Below, in pieces: positions 48,475 to 58,500 of a DNA stretch of 64,000 nt. The DNA is from Azolla caroliniana (lineage: Eukaryota > Plantae > Polypodiophyta). The position numbers and the translations under genes were made by a program. The stretch spans positions 13,578,001 through 13,642,000 of the forward strand of contig JBHGNT010000014.1 of NCBI GenBank assembly GCA_043228905.1, given 5' to 3'. How positions within the stretch are numbered: the stretch's first letter is position 1; each line of letters begins with the position of its first letter. The notes under the pieces were generated by a model that saw only the letters and a program-made list of their open reading frames with translations, had not been told where the DNA came from and made no database searches.

Positions 48475-48522
<48 letters not shown>

Positions 48523-48699
48523 TACTACTACTACTACTATCTCGCCTAATTCATTCCATAGTCACTCTCTCTTGCTCACTCTATCCACTACTATCTCGTT
48601 TCTTCCCTCATCACTATTTCTCTTCCTCTTCCTACTGCTATCTTGCCCTAGCTTTGACATAATACCTCTTTCCCTACTCACTTCCTTAGCCCTATATAG

Positions 48700-51218
48700 C
48701 TATGGACGTTGTTATTCAACAAAATTTGATGTCTATTGTCTCTGAATTGGAGAGCCTTAAAACCAAGTTTCTAGCGCTTGAGATAGAGAATCAATCATTA
48801 CTTGAGGATCTCCAAAAGGTGACGACAGAAAAACAACATGATTAGTTCACACAACAAGTACTACATATAGAGTTGGCATTGGTAGCTTTGCAACAACATA
48901 CAACAAGAGATAAAGGGGTTATTAAAGTACCCAAGCTTAGCCTACTTGCAAAATTTGATGGTACAAGGTCTCAATTTAAGGGATTTTTAAATTAGGTACG
49001 ACTCGTCATTCAAATGCATGTTGTATGATATCCAACAAATGCAACTCGAGTAAGTTTAGTTGGCACCCTATTTATGGGCACAACATTATCTTGGTTTGCT
49101 CTACTAATTGAAAAGAAATCCCCATTGTTAAATAATTTCGAATAATTTATTAAAGCCTCCTTTATAGAAACAAATAGTGTTAGGATTGACCTCAATTTAA
49201 TTTGGTCATTATAGCAAGGGGATCACCCAACCTCAACATATGCAATTGATTTTTGTCTTTTGGTGTTTGATATTCCAGAAGATGATTAAGTGTTAATGGA
49301 ACAATTCCATTTCGGCCTCCACAATGATGTCAAGGATTAACTTCTTACATTTTCGAAAGATCCCAAATCACTTATTGAAGCCATTCGTATAACTATACGA
49401 TGTGATAATCAACTCTTCAATCGTTGATTGGAGTGACACCAACAAATCACAAGACAAAGGATACACCTACCTATGCATGTGTGACGACACAACCACCCCT
49501 AGGCAAACATATAATCTAGTTCCAATGGATTCTTTGACACCTATGGAGATAGATGTGACACATTGATGAGGACCCTTATGAGACTATGGAAAATGACAAC
49601 ATCGAGCAAATCATCTTTTCTTATATTTTGGTGGTCTAGGATGTATAGCAATGAATTGTTCTCATAGGCCGAGACATCATGTAAATCAAATCGTTACCGT
49701 TAATAAACCTGAGTTTAGTTTAATTGAGCAATCTGGTAATAAATTAGATAGCTTGGCATTAGTAAATAGATTAGAGGTATTGAATCAACTAGATGAAAAG
49801 TTTAGCCCAAATTGGAGTCATTTGGTTGGACAATTAGAGATCGTTTTAGCCAAATCCTAGTAATGGTTCCATTTTGTCCAAGCATGTTAGTGTTTTCTCA
49901 GCCCTAGTCCAAGTAACCAAGTTATATCAAATGGGAACATCATACATGTTCATGCTCTCTTAGATACTGGTGCCAACTCTTGCTTCCTGGATTGTGATTT
50001 TCAGTTGAGACACACTTTAGAAAAGCTTTCGTGTCTAGCTTTAGTGCTAGTCATTGATGGTTGACCAATTGCTTTTAACGATATAGTGGAAGAGTCTGAA
50101 CTAGTTCAACTGGTCTTAGAATAATTGGCATCTGTGATATCCTTCAATATAATTAATAGTCCTAAACATCCGATTGTCCTTGTCTACCTTGGTTTGAGCT
50201 GGCAAACTAAGAAATTTCTGGTAGAAAACAAGTTAATGTATAGGTTCAACCCATAGATACCATGTCTCAACCCCACAAGATTTCAACTATTTCAGTACAA
50301 GAGCTACGAGAGAAGGGTGACAAGAAGAAATGGTCTTATTTGCAATAACAATCAACCTTTATGATATCGCTAACAATATTTCTAAAAAGAAACTTCCGAG
50401 GAAGTATAAAGAATTTGTGGATGTTTTTGATAAGGTCAAAGCTAGTAGACTCCCGAAACATCGACCTTGTGATTGCCCCATTGATCTACAACCATAAACA
50501 ATTCCACCATCGAGACCGATTTGCAATTAGAGCTTGATGTTCTTCGATCATATAGTGAGGAGAATTTGGTTAATGACTTTATTCGACATTCAAGATCACA
50601 AGTTGGTGCATCGATTTTCTTTGTGGAGAAAAAGGATGGTTCACAACACCTAGTCGTGGATTATCGAGCTCTTAATAAGGTCACGATCTGTAATAGGTAT
50701 GCACTACCTTTGATTCCAAATCTCCTATAACACTAATGGTGCCAAAGTTTTTACAAAGATTGATTTGTGTGGTGCATATAATCTTATTCACATTCAAATA
50801 GGAGATGAGTGGAAGACCACTTTTCGCATGCAATATGGTCATTTTGAGTATAAAATCATGCCTTTTGGTCTTACGAATGCGCTAACAGTTTTTGAACATA
50901 TGATACAACCATTTTAAGAGATTTTTTGGATGTCTTTTTAATTATTTATCTTGATGATATTCTAATCTACACTAAGACTAAAGAGAAGCATGATATTCAT
51001 GTCTCCCAAGTATTGCGGTGATTGGAAAAGTGCACTTTTGATTGCAAGCATGTGGAGTTTTTGGGCTATATCATTTCAACTAATGGAGTCCCTATGGATC
51101 TGAAAAAAAAAGTTAAACTGTGTTAGATTGCAGGTTCTATAAGTGATGTACAATGTTTCTTGGGGTTTGCAAATTTTTACCAAAAGTTTATCAATATTTA
51201 TTGAAAGATAGTCCTACC
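48700..51218 (+). pseudogene. Decayed Ty3/gypsy (chromovirus, Tcn1-like) gag-PR-RT, interrupted at 51218 by the hAT element
   Basis: gag KFDGTRSQFKGFLN*VRLVIQ..YPTNATRVSLVGTL..LSWFALLIEKKSPLLNNF; protease HALLDTGANSCFLD; [72 protein letters not shown]. Many stops and frameshifts. Confidence 0.9.
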
Positions 51219-51579
51219 CAGTGTTGGGCAAAGTCTCTAGGCCCTACCGGAAATTTTCCTGCTTCTTATGAACCTAACCGGAATGTTAAAATCTCAGCCG
51301 GCCACGTTCCTATTAGCGACAATGTCAACCGGAAATGTTGAAATTTTTTTTAACGCATACCAAATAAATAAATAAAATTCTAGTGCAATACCACATCAAA
51401 TCAATCACAAAAAATTGGAGCCCAAAAACTAAATATATATATTTATCAAAAAATGTACTAACTTTGTAAACAAAATTCACTTTTCGAAACTTTGTAAACT
51501 AGCATTAACAACATATTAGATCAAATTAGAGCTAATATATATAAAGTTCCAAAACAAAATAGATCACATTCACAAAATT

Positions 51580-52592
51580 TCAATCTATATCTTCTATGAA
51601 GTCCTCGATGTCATCATCATGCTCATGAGAAGTACCTGTAAAAATATGACGATATGCCTTGCTTTCTCGCCACAACAAAATGCTGGCATTGAAGTCATGT
51701 TCTTCTAATTCAGGTCCTTCAATAGATATTCGTATCAATGCATCAACCGCATTGGTTTTTAGCCTATTTCTAAACTTATTTTTTATTAGATTTAGGCGAC
51801 TAAAGCCTCTCTCACATGCTGCCGTAGAAGAACACTGAATTAACCCTATCAATGAAAGCTTTAGAAGCTCGGGTAGCTTTTCTTTCCACACATCATTACA
51901 ATTTATCATACCCCAAACATCTAAGAAATCTCTTCCAAGCCATTCCGTGGTAGCTTGCCTTTTAAAAATTGCATATTCATCATACAATTTATCATTATCA
52001 ATTATGGGAGAAAACACTTTCCCATCTATCATTTTTTGAATGCCATAAAAATTTCCAAGTGTTTTCAACTCATTAAGACCCATAGTTTTTCGTGCTAAAA
52101 TGCTTGTAGATCCGGTAGACATGTTCATTGGTGATAACATTTTCAATGCGGAAAGAGTCACCGGATCTTGAAGCCTCTTTTTTATTGTCTCTATCAATGC
52201 CTTAGAAAACAAAGTTTGGAATTGTATGGCTTCAATTAAGTCCTCACCATCAACACTTCTATCGATGAGGATGCTTTTATACATATTACCTTTTGTGGCA
52301 TCTCGTAAAACTGAAAGCATTCCTTTTTCTCTACCATATTCTAGAATAATTGGATAATTATCGTTATCCTTCTCAAAACCATTCAGATCCATCATAACAT
52401 GATGTAAAAATTGTTCTTCTATCTCCCCAATGGCTATCATAGCCAAACCTCCAATGCATGTCACATCCACATATTCCTTTTGGAATTCCATACTTAATGT
52501 AGACATGATCTTAAGTACATCTGCAAGGAAGTGAAGCATATACACTACTTTAAAGTTTCTTAAACTCAAGAATACATTGTATGCATCACTTT
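51580..52592 (-). CDS. hAT transposase, C-terminal part (dimerisation domain, catalytic E)
   Basis: LHFLADVL..LS..FQ; SSTAACERGFSRLNLIKNKFRNRL. In frame with the N-terminal part once the LTR element and one GCGA copy are removed. Confidence 0.92.
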
Positions 52593-52596
52593 GCGA

Positions 52597-53447
52597 TGTC
52601 GTAGTGTAGGTTGCACACTATGTGGAAATTATATTTTTGTCCCTCCGGATAGAGAATGGAGTGCTCGGTGAGAACCGGAAGAAAACGGCATACCGGCAAG
52701 GAGGAAAACGGCATACCGGCAAGGAGGAAAAACGGCATACCGGCAAGGAGGAAAACGGCATACCGGCAAGGAAGAAAACTGCATACCGGCAAGGAAGAGC
52801 CGGATAAAGAGACATAAATGTAAAAAAAAGAAATACTCACTACTGCGCAGGGCGTGATTCGAACTCTGCACCTCCACGTTGACAAACCCCAACCTTACCA
52901 TTACATTAAATTATCTTAAGTGTTTTAAATATAGATTTAATATGTATAAGACCTTTATTTATGCATACCTTTATTAAAAGGTAAATCGTGTATTTCTTTA
53001 ATATATGAAAAAGAAAAAACACGAGACACTAAAAATAACTCATGCACATCTAGCGTGCAAGAGCCCTATACTTAGGAAATAAAAAAAAAGCATCACATGC
53101 ACATTTAGTGTGCATGAACATATGAGAAAAAGCATGTAGCTATGCTTAGTCTCTCCCATCACTATATAAGGATGGGGAGCACATTGTAGTTGTTGTTGAT
53201 TATTTGGATTAAGTATTAATCAATACAAAAATTATTCGTGGGATTCACGATTTATACATCTACTTCTCTCTTAACACCCTAAGTACCAATTAATATAGTA
53301 TACTCGTGTGATTCATGAGTTTCTTATCTTTCTCTTTGCTATTTACTCATAATTAATCTCTATCTCACGAACTTCTTTCTCCTAGTCCAAGACCTCTGTG
53401 GTTCCCACCCGACTCACGCAAACGATCCGGAGCCGAAAGGCACGACA
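52597..53447 (+). repeat. 5' LTR (851 bp)
   Basis: TG...CA with 6-bp terminal inverted repeat TGTCGT/ACGACA. Five 23-24-bp repeats. TATA-like ctatataagg at ~53162. Confidence 0.97.
52822..52916 (-). ncRNA. Putative tRNA-like Pol III cassette, antisense within the 5' LTR (second copy 59317-59411)
   Basis: Minus strand TAATGTAATGGTAAG (A-box-like), GTTCGAATC (B box) at tRNA spacing, then TTTTTTTT. No clean cloverleaf. Confidence 0.5.
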
Positions 53448-53451
53448 CAGT

Positions 53452-53469
53452 TGGTGAACCCGACGTGAA
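53452..53469 (+). other. Primer-binding site complementary to tRNA-Trp(CCA)
   Basis: TGGTGAACCCGACGTGAA is the reverse complement of the plant cytosolic tRNA-Trp 3' end (..TTCACGTCGGGTTCACCA, from memory). Lies 4 nt after the LTR. Confidence 0.85.
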
Positions 53470-53485
53470 GACGGGTGGCAAGGAG

Positions 53486-55525
53486 ATGGAGGCTCAACAA
53501 GCTAACAATATGATGGCGATGTTCGAACGGATGCTTCAAGAACAACGCACGATGTCGGAGATTTCGGCATCAGTAGAGCGGCTCGTGCAACGCAACGGGC
53601 AATTTAATGGTAAGGATGTGTCGCGATATTTGCAGGACTACAAGGCGGAGATGCTCCGGTGCCGGGCTTCGGAAGGACTGCAAGTGACATCCTTTAACCG
53701 GGTGGCGACCGACGGGCTTCAAGGGAGTATCCACGGGTTGCAACAACAAAATCCGACGTGGGAAGCATTCGAAGAGGCGTTAAAGACCACGTTTGCCATC
53801 GAGGACTCCTCCAAGGCAACGCGGAGGGGATTCGAGGATTGGGTGGAAACGTCAGGTAAGGGGCTGAAGGTCCTCGAAGTGTTTTCGACATTCGAAAGTC
53901 GGTTCGGGAGGTTGTCCGCGAGAGATCAAACTATTCTTGCACCGGACAAAGTCATCATGTTTTTGCGAGCTGTGGACGTCCGGGACCGGAAAGATCTCGG
54001 AGTGCTTCTTGAGGACACGACCACCGAAAGCGGCCTCACCGAAACATGGGAAAGCGTGCGGGATATCGTCGCGCGGTACACGAAGAGGGGGCAATGGCTT
54101 GCCAACGAAGAAAAGAGGGTTTCGGAACCGATTCCGAAACCGAGAACGGGACTGGAAGACCATCAACCGAGGGCTCGGGAGATTACGGCCGAGAAGGGAG
54201 TCGACGCGTCTACGGTGGAGCAGCTGCTGAAGGAGATGGAGAATCTAAAGATCGCGATGGTGAAGAAGTCGGATGACCGCCCCACAAGCTCCAAATATAC
54301 GGATCGACGGTGCATATGGTGCGATAGCGCCGAACACGATCGGAGGGATTGCGACGACCATAAGGAGGCGCTACGACGGGATCTCATCTACTACGAGGGA
54401 AACCGGATTCATTCGATGGACTCTCGGAAGCCACTCCGACCGAACTTCCGGAAAGGCGGCATGAAGAAGGTGCTCGAGGAGGAGTTAGCGACAAGAAGCA
54501 ACTATGCGACAACCGCGGGAATATGTGTCGGGGAGTCAACGGGAGCGAAGGCGTCTTTCTGGCCGGAGGTGCTAGGAAACACCGAGAAAACCGACTCCAA
54601 CGATATCCGAAACACCGCGGAAGGCGTCCGGGAAGCTACGGGATGGGAGTGCCCTGTCGACAAGAATAGCATATACGCCCTGTGTCAATTACATGAGGTG
54701 TATGTGGACGAGAAACGACGGCGCACGGAGGATGCGGCCGGACCATCGAAGATACCGGAAAGCTGGAACTCCGGAGGTAAGGGAAAAGAAAAGGCGACTC
54801 CGGCATTCAAGCTCGCCTCGGACATAGAACAACAAACCGACTTGAAAAGAGTGTTCGAGGAAAGAATCTTGGATAGCCGGGTAGATTTTTCGTTGCGGGA
54901 ACTACTCGGAATAGCGAAGAAGGAGTTTCACGATCTTCTCGTGGATCTCGTGAAAAGGAAGAGACAAAGTACGGAGGAAAATGCTCCAAGGGTGAATGCA
55001 AATACCGTTTCAATGAACGACACCGAAGTGGAAGGAGAAATTCCGAACTCCCACTATACAAGGCCACACTGGGCACGTGCGACTACGGAGACTCCGGTCC
55101 GAATCGGCAACATCAAAGAACCCGTGCTAGCATTGATTGATCACGGATCGGAGATCAACTTGATGTCCAAGGAGTTCTACCGAAAGGGGAAGTGGCCTAT
55201 AAACACCAACCATGGATGGAAGATTCGGGCAGCCACGAAAACGACAGAAGACCTATTTGCGGCTTGTCCGGATGTGACGGTAAAGATCGGGGATGTCGAA
55301 ATTGACCAAAATTTCTTTGTGCAGGATGAGGTTTCACATTCTGTCATCCTCGGCCAACCCTTTATCACGGCTTCACGGATGGAGACGAAGGTGCTCGATA
55401 GTGGTGCGGCTTTTGCGCGAATTCGGAGCCAAAACGGAGGGAAATCCGTCCAATTCCTAACGGTGCCGGCAAATCACGGAAGGAACAAGAGGGAACTCTT
55501 GTCCCAAGTGAGAATGGATTTTTAA
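53486..55525 (+). CDS. Gag (CCHC knuckle, DUF4100-like region) fused to aspartic protease
   Basis: GQFNGKDVSRYL, CIWCDSAEHDRRDC, PAFKLASDIE...SLRELLGIAKKEFHD, protease ALIDHGSEINLM...VILGQPF. Confidence 0.9.
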   Translation: MEAQQANNMMAMFERMLQEQRTMSEISASVERLVQRNGQFNGKDVSRYLQDYKAEMLRCRASEGLQVTSFNRVATDGLQGSIHGLQQQNPTWEAFEEALKTTFAIEDSSKATRRGFEDWVETSGKGLKVLEVFSTFESRFGRLSARDQTILAPDKVIMFLRAVDVRDRKDLGVLLEDTTTESGLTETWESVRDIVARYTKRGQWLANEEKRVSEPIPKPRTGLEDHQPRAREITAEKGVDASTVEQLLKEMENLKIAMVKKSDDRPTSSKYTDRRCIWCDSAEHDRRDCDDHKEALRRDLIYYEGNRIHSMDSRKPLRPNFRKGGMKKVLEEELATRSNYATTAGICVGESTGAKASFWPEVLGNTEKTDSNDIRNTAEGVREATGWECPVDKNSIYALCQLHEVYVDEKRRRTEDAAGPSKIPESWNSGGKGKEKATPAFKLASDIEQQTDLKRVFEERILDSRVDFSLRELLGIAKKEFHDLLVDLVKRKRQSTEENAPRVNANTVSMNDTEVEGEIPNSHYTRPHWARATTETPVRIGNIKEPVLALIDHGSEINLMSKEFYRKGKWPINTNHGWKIRAATKTTEDLFAACPDVTVKIGDVEIDQNFFVQDEVSHSVILGQPFITASRMETKVLDSGAAFARIRSQNGGKSVQFLTVPANHGRNKRELLSQVRMDF

Positions 55526-58500
55526 AGCGGACTGTTGCGGAGTGGGGAAGTGATAGTCCGAGAAGCCCTGATACCCCACACAGGAAGAAAACTCTCGGAG
55601 CAAAACAAGTACGAATCGGCCCGGATGGGGCATCTACGTACACGGCCGTAACCGGAGGAATGAAGAAACAATACCGACAAGTGGAGGATAAGTTACGGTC
55701 GGCATCAATAATAAAAGAAGATGAAGAAATCGTGGGAGTGATCGAGGAAGTGTTCTATGGGAATACACTACAACGGCTTGAAGAGCTTGCGGAAGATAAA
55801 AGCCAAGGGAACCGGGTAGTCCCGGTGGAATCGGTCGAGATGTACGAGATCGTTGCGAAAATGGGGCCGGATGCGCTCCGCAAAGAAGAAGCAATGGTAA
55901 GTACGAAATACAAGACCGTGGAGAAGAAGGTGAAACCGGCCGCGGGACCACTACCCGCCGATAGTGAACAAAAGAAGAAAGAAGTCTCGGGAGATCCGAC
56001 ACTTCGGAAGTCCGTGGATATCGGACATGCCTTCACAGATGAGACCCGGAAGAAACTTCGGATCGGTGGAGGTGGGTTCCTCTTACAAGAAGAAGAAAAA
56101 CGGTTTCGAGAGATGTTGGAGCAACATGGCAAAGCATTCGCGTTCACATCGAGGGAGATCGGATGCATTGATCCAAAGATAGTGGAGCCGATGGTGATTT
56201 TCACGATTGATCATGTACCGTGGAACCTGAAGCCGATTCCGGTGCCACGGGCGCATATTCCGAAAGTCATCGACTTGCTCAAGGAGAAGGTGGCGATGGG
56301 GATTCTGGAGCCATCAAGTGCTCCGTACTCAAATCGATGGTTTACGGTTCCGAAGAAGAATGGGTCACTCCAATTCATCCAAGACTTGCAACCGGTGAAC
56401 AAGGTGACGATCCGGAACTCGGGAGTCGGTCCGATAGTGGACGAATTCGCGGAAGCTTTTGCCGGACGTGCGATATACTCCATCGGGGACCTATACTCGG
56501 GGTATGACCAATTCCAACTAGCCGTGGAGAGCCGAGACATCACTACCATGCGGACACCAATAGGACTAGTTCGAATGTGCACACTACCACAAGGAGCGAC
56601 AAACTCGGTTGCACATATGATGAACGCGATGAACAAGGTGCTTCGAGATTGCATTCCGGAGATAACGATGCCGTTTCTAGATGACATTCCGATGAAAGGA
56701 TGCGCGGTGGAAGAAAAAGATGAGACTATGGATGATCGGGGATGCCGAAAGTTCGTGGTCGACCATATTCATGATTGCGAGAAAGTGTTGCGAAAGCTAG
56801 AAGATGTGCACCTAACACTTTCCGGGGAGAAATCGGCATTCGGGCAAGAAGAAATATTGGTGGTCGGACATCTATGTGGACCCTACGGCCGAAGACCGTC
56901 ACCAACAAAGATCGATGCGATTCAAGCTATGAAGGAAGTATGTGAGTCAACATCGGAAGTCCGAAGGTTTCTGGGTGCGTGTGCATTCTATCACATATGG
57001 ATTCCGCACTATGCACATATAGCGGACCCGCTCTATCACTTGTTGCGGAAAGGTAAGAAATTCGAGTGGAAACCGGAACACACTAAAGCCATGAGGAAGC
57101 TCAAGAAGACACTATGGAGGGCGGAATCACTTAAGAAGCCAAGCTACGAGCGGCCAATCATAGTAACGGTTGATACAAGTCCAACCGGTATCGGGTGGGT
57201 CATCAATCAAGCCGACTCGGATGGTTCGCGGTATCCGATCCGATTTGGAGCAAAGGTCCTCAACGAAAGGCAACGCGGATATGCACAAGTCAAAAGAGAA
57301 TTGTGGGGAGTCGTGTCGGCGATAAAATCGGATCGGGATTATTTGATCGGAGCTGAAGTGGTGATCGAGACGGATTGTCTTCCGATACTCGGGATGATGC
57401 GGTGTTGTACGATACCGGATGTGGCTATGCTAAGGTGGATTGCATATGTCAAGTCACTTAATCCGGAGGTTCGACACATCTCGGGGAAGGACAACGCGGT
57501 AGCGGACATGTTATCGAGGGCGCGGTTTGAAGACGACATAACCGAATCAGATAATGAAGAAGTTTCCGAAGACTACTTCACGTCAGAACACATATGCCGA
57601 GTGAACGTGATCCGAGAATTCCGGGAAGAAGAATACGAGGGGGAAACCTTGATGATCGGGAAGATGCTACAAGAGGTCGAGGATTCAACCAATGATAAAG
57701 AAAGGAGAGCCGAGATCCGAAGGAAGAAGAGGCAAGTCCAAAAGTTCTTCTTGGAAAACGGTTTAATATGGAGGACGCCGAAAAGACCGGATGGGATACC
57801 ACTTCGAGTAGTCGGGAAGAAAGAGCAACGAAACCGGATAATGTCCGAGTTCCACGAATCCGATTGGGCTGGACATCGAGGAACATGGGCAACTTTTGTG
57901 AAAATCAAGCAAAGATATTGGTGGAAGAACATGTATAAAGATGTCGCGGAGTTCACAGAAAGCTGCGAGAAATGTCAAGTCTACTCCGGGGTCCGACACC
58001 GAGATGAGCTGCATCCGACATTCTCACCGACAATCAACTTCAAGTGGATGGTCGACATTGTAGCTATGCCGACCGGGATTGGACAAAAGAAATACTTGGT
58101 GTTAGCTCGAGAAGATCTCACAAACCAAGTTGAAGGTCGAGCGCTTCGGAGGAAAACGTGTGCCGCGGTGTGCCAATTTCTTTTGGAAGAAGTGTTTTGT
58201 AGGTACGGCTGCGTAGGACAAGTGATTGCGGACCGGGGAGAACTCGACTCGGACAAAGCTAGGGGATTCTTCGCCAAACATGGAGTTCGGTTAACGTTGA
58301 CAACGGCCTACAATCCGGAGGCCAACGGGAAGATCGAACGAGGACATAGTCCGATCGTGAAAGCACTTGCGAAGGCATGCGACGGAAGGGTGAAGGATTG
58401 GCCACAAATGCTTCCGTATGCACTATGGGCGGATCGGACGACGCATAGCTCCGTGACCGGTTACATGCCGGCAGAACTCATGACCGGACAAGCACCGGTA

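Larger units (their letters stand above)
42924..48475 (-). mobile_element. Near full-length L1/Tx1-type LINE (5' boundary approximate, no TSD found)
   Basis: Poly-T on + at 42924-42940 (poly(A) tail), ORF2 with APE endonuclease + RT + zf-RVT, ORF1 with CCHC knuckle overlapping ORF2 by ATGA. Confidence 0.9.

Noticed and set aside
52682-52780. AAACGG (maize Ac transposase-binding hexamer) repeats implying a functional link between the LTR and its hAT host
   Set aside because: The host hAT's own subterminal motifs are CCGG-type, and a 6-mer match is easily coincidental.
52682-52798. LTR 23-bp repeats as a CRISPR-like array
   Set aside because: Units are head-to-tail with no unique spacers, in a eukaryotic LTR, with no cas genes.
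52586-52901. Short ORFs over the LTRs (also 59065-59396) and the tail of ORF 59860-61200
   Set aside because: Translations of the 23-bp array in several frames, or read-through of the broken transposase into the LTR. No protein features.
52844-52916. Bona fide tRNA-Asp/Trp gene in the LTR
   Set aside because: A/B boxes and a GTC at roughly the anticodon position are present, but acceptor, anticodon and T stems do not pair. Reported only as tRNA-like.
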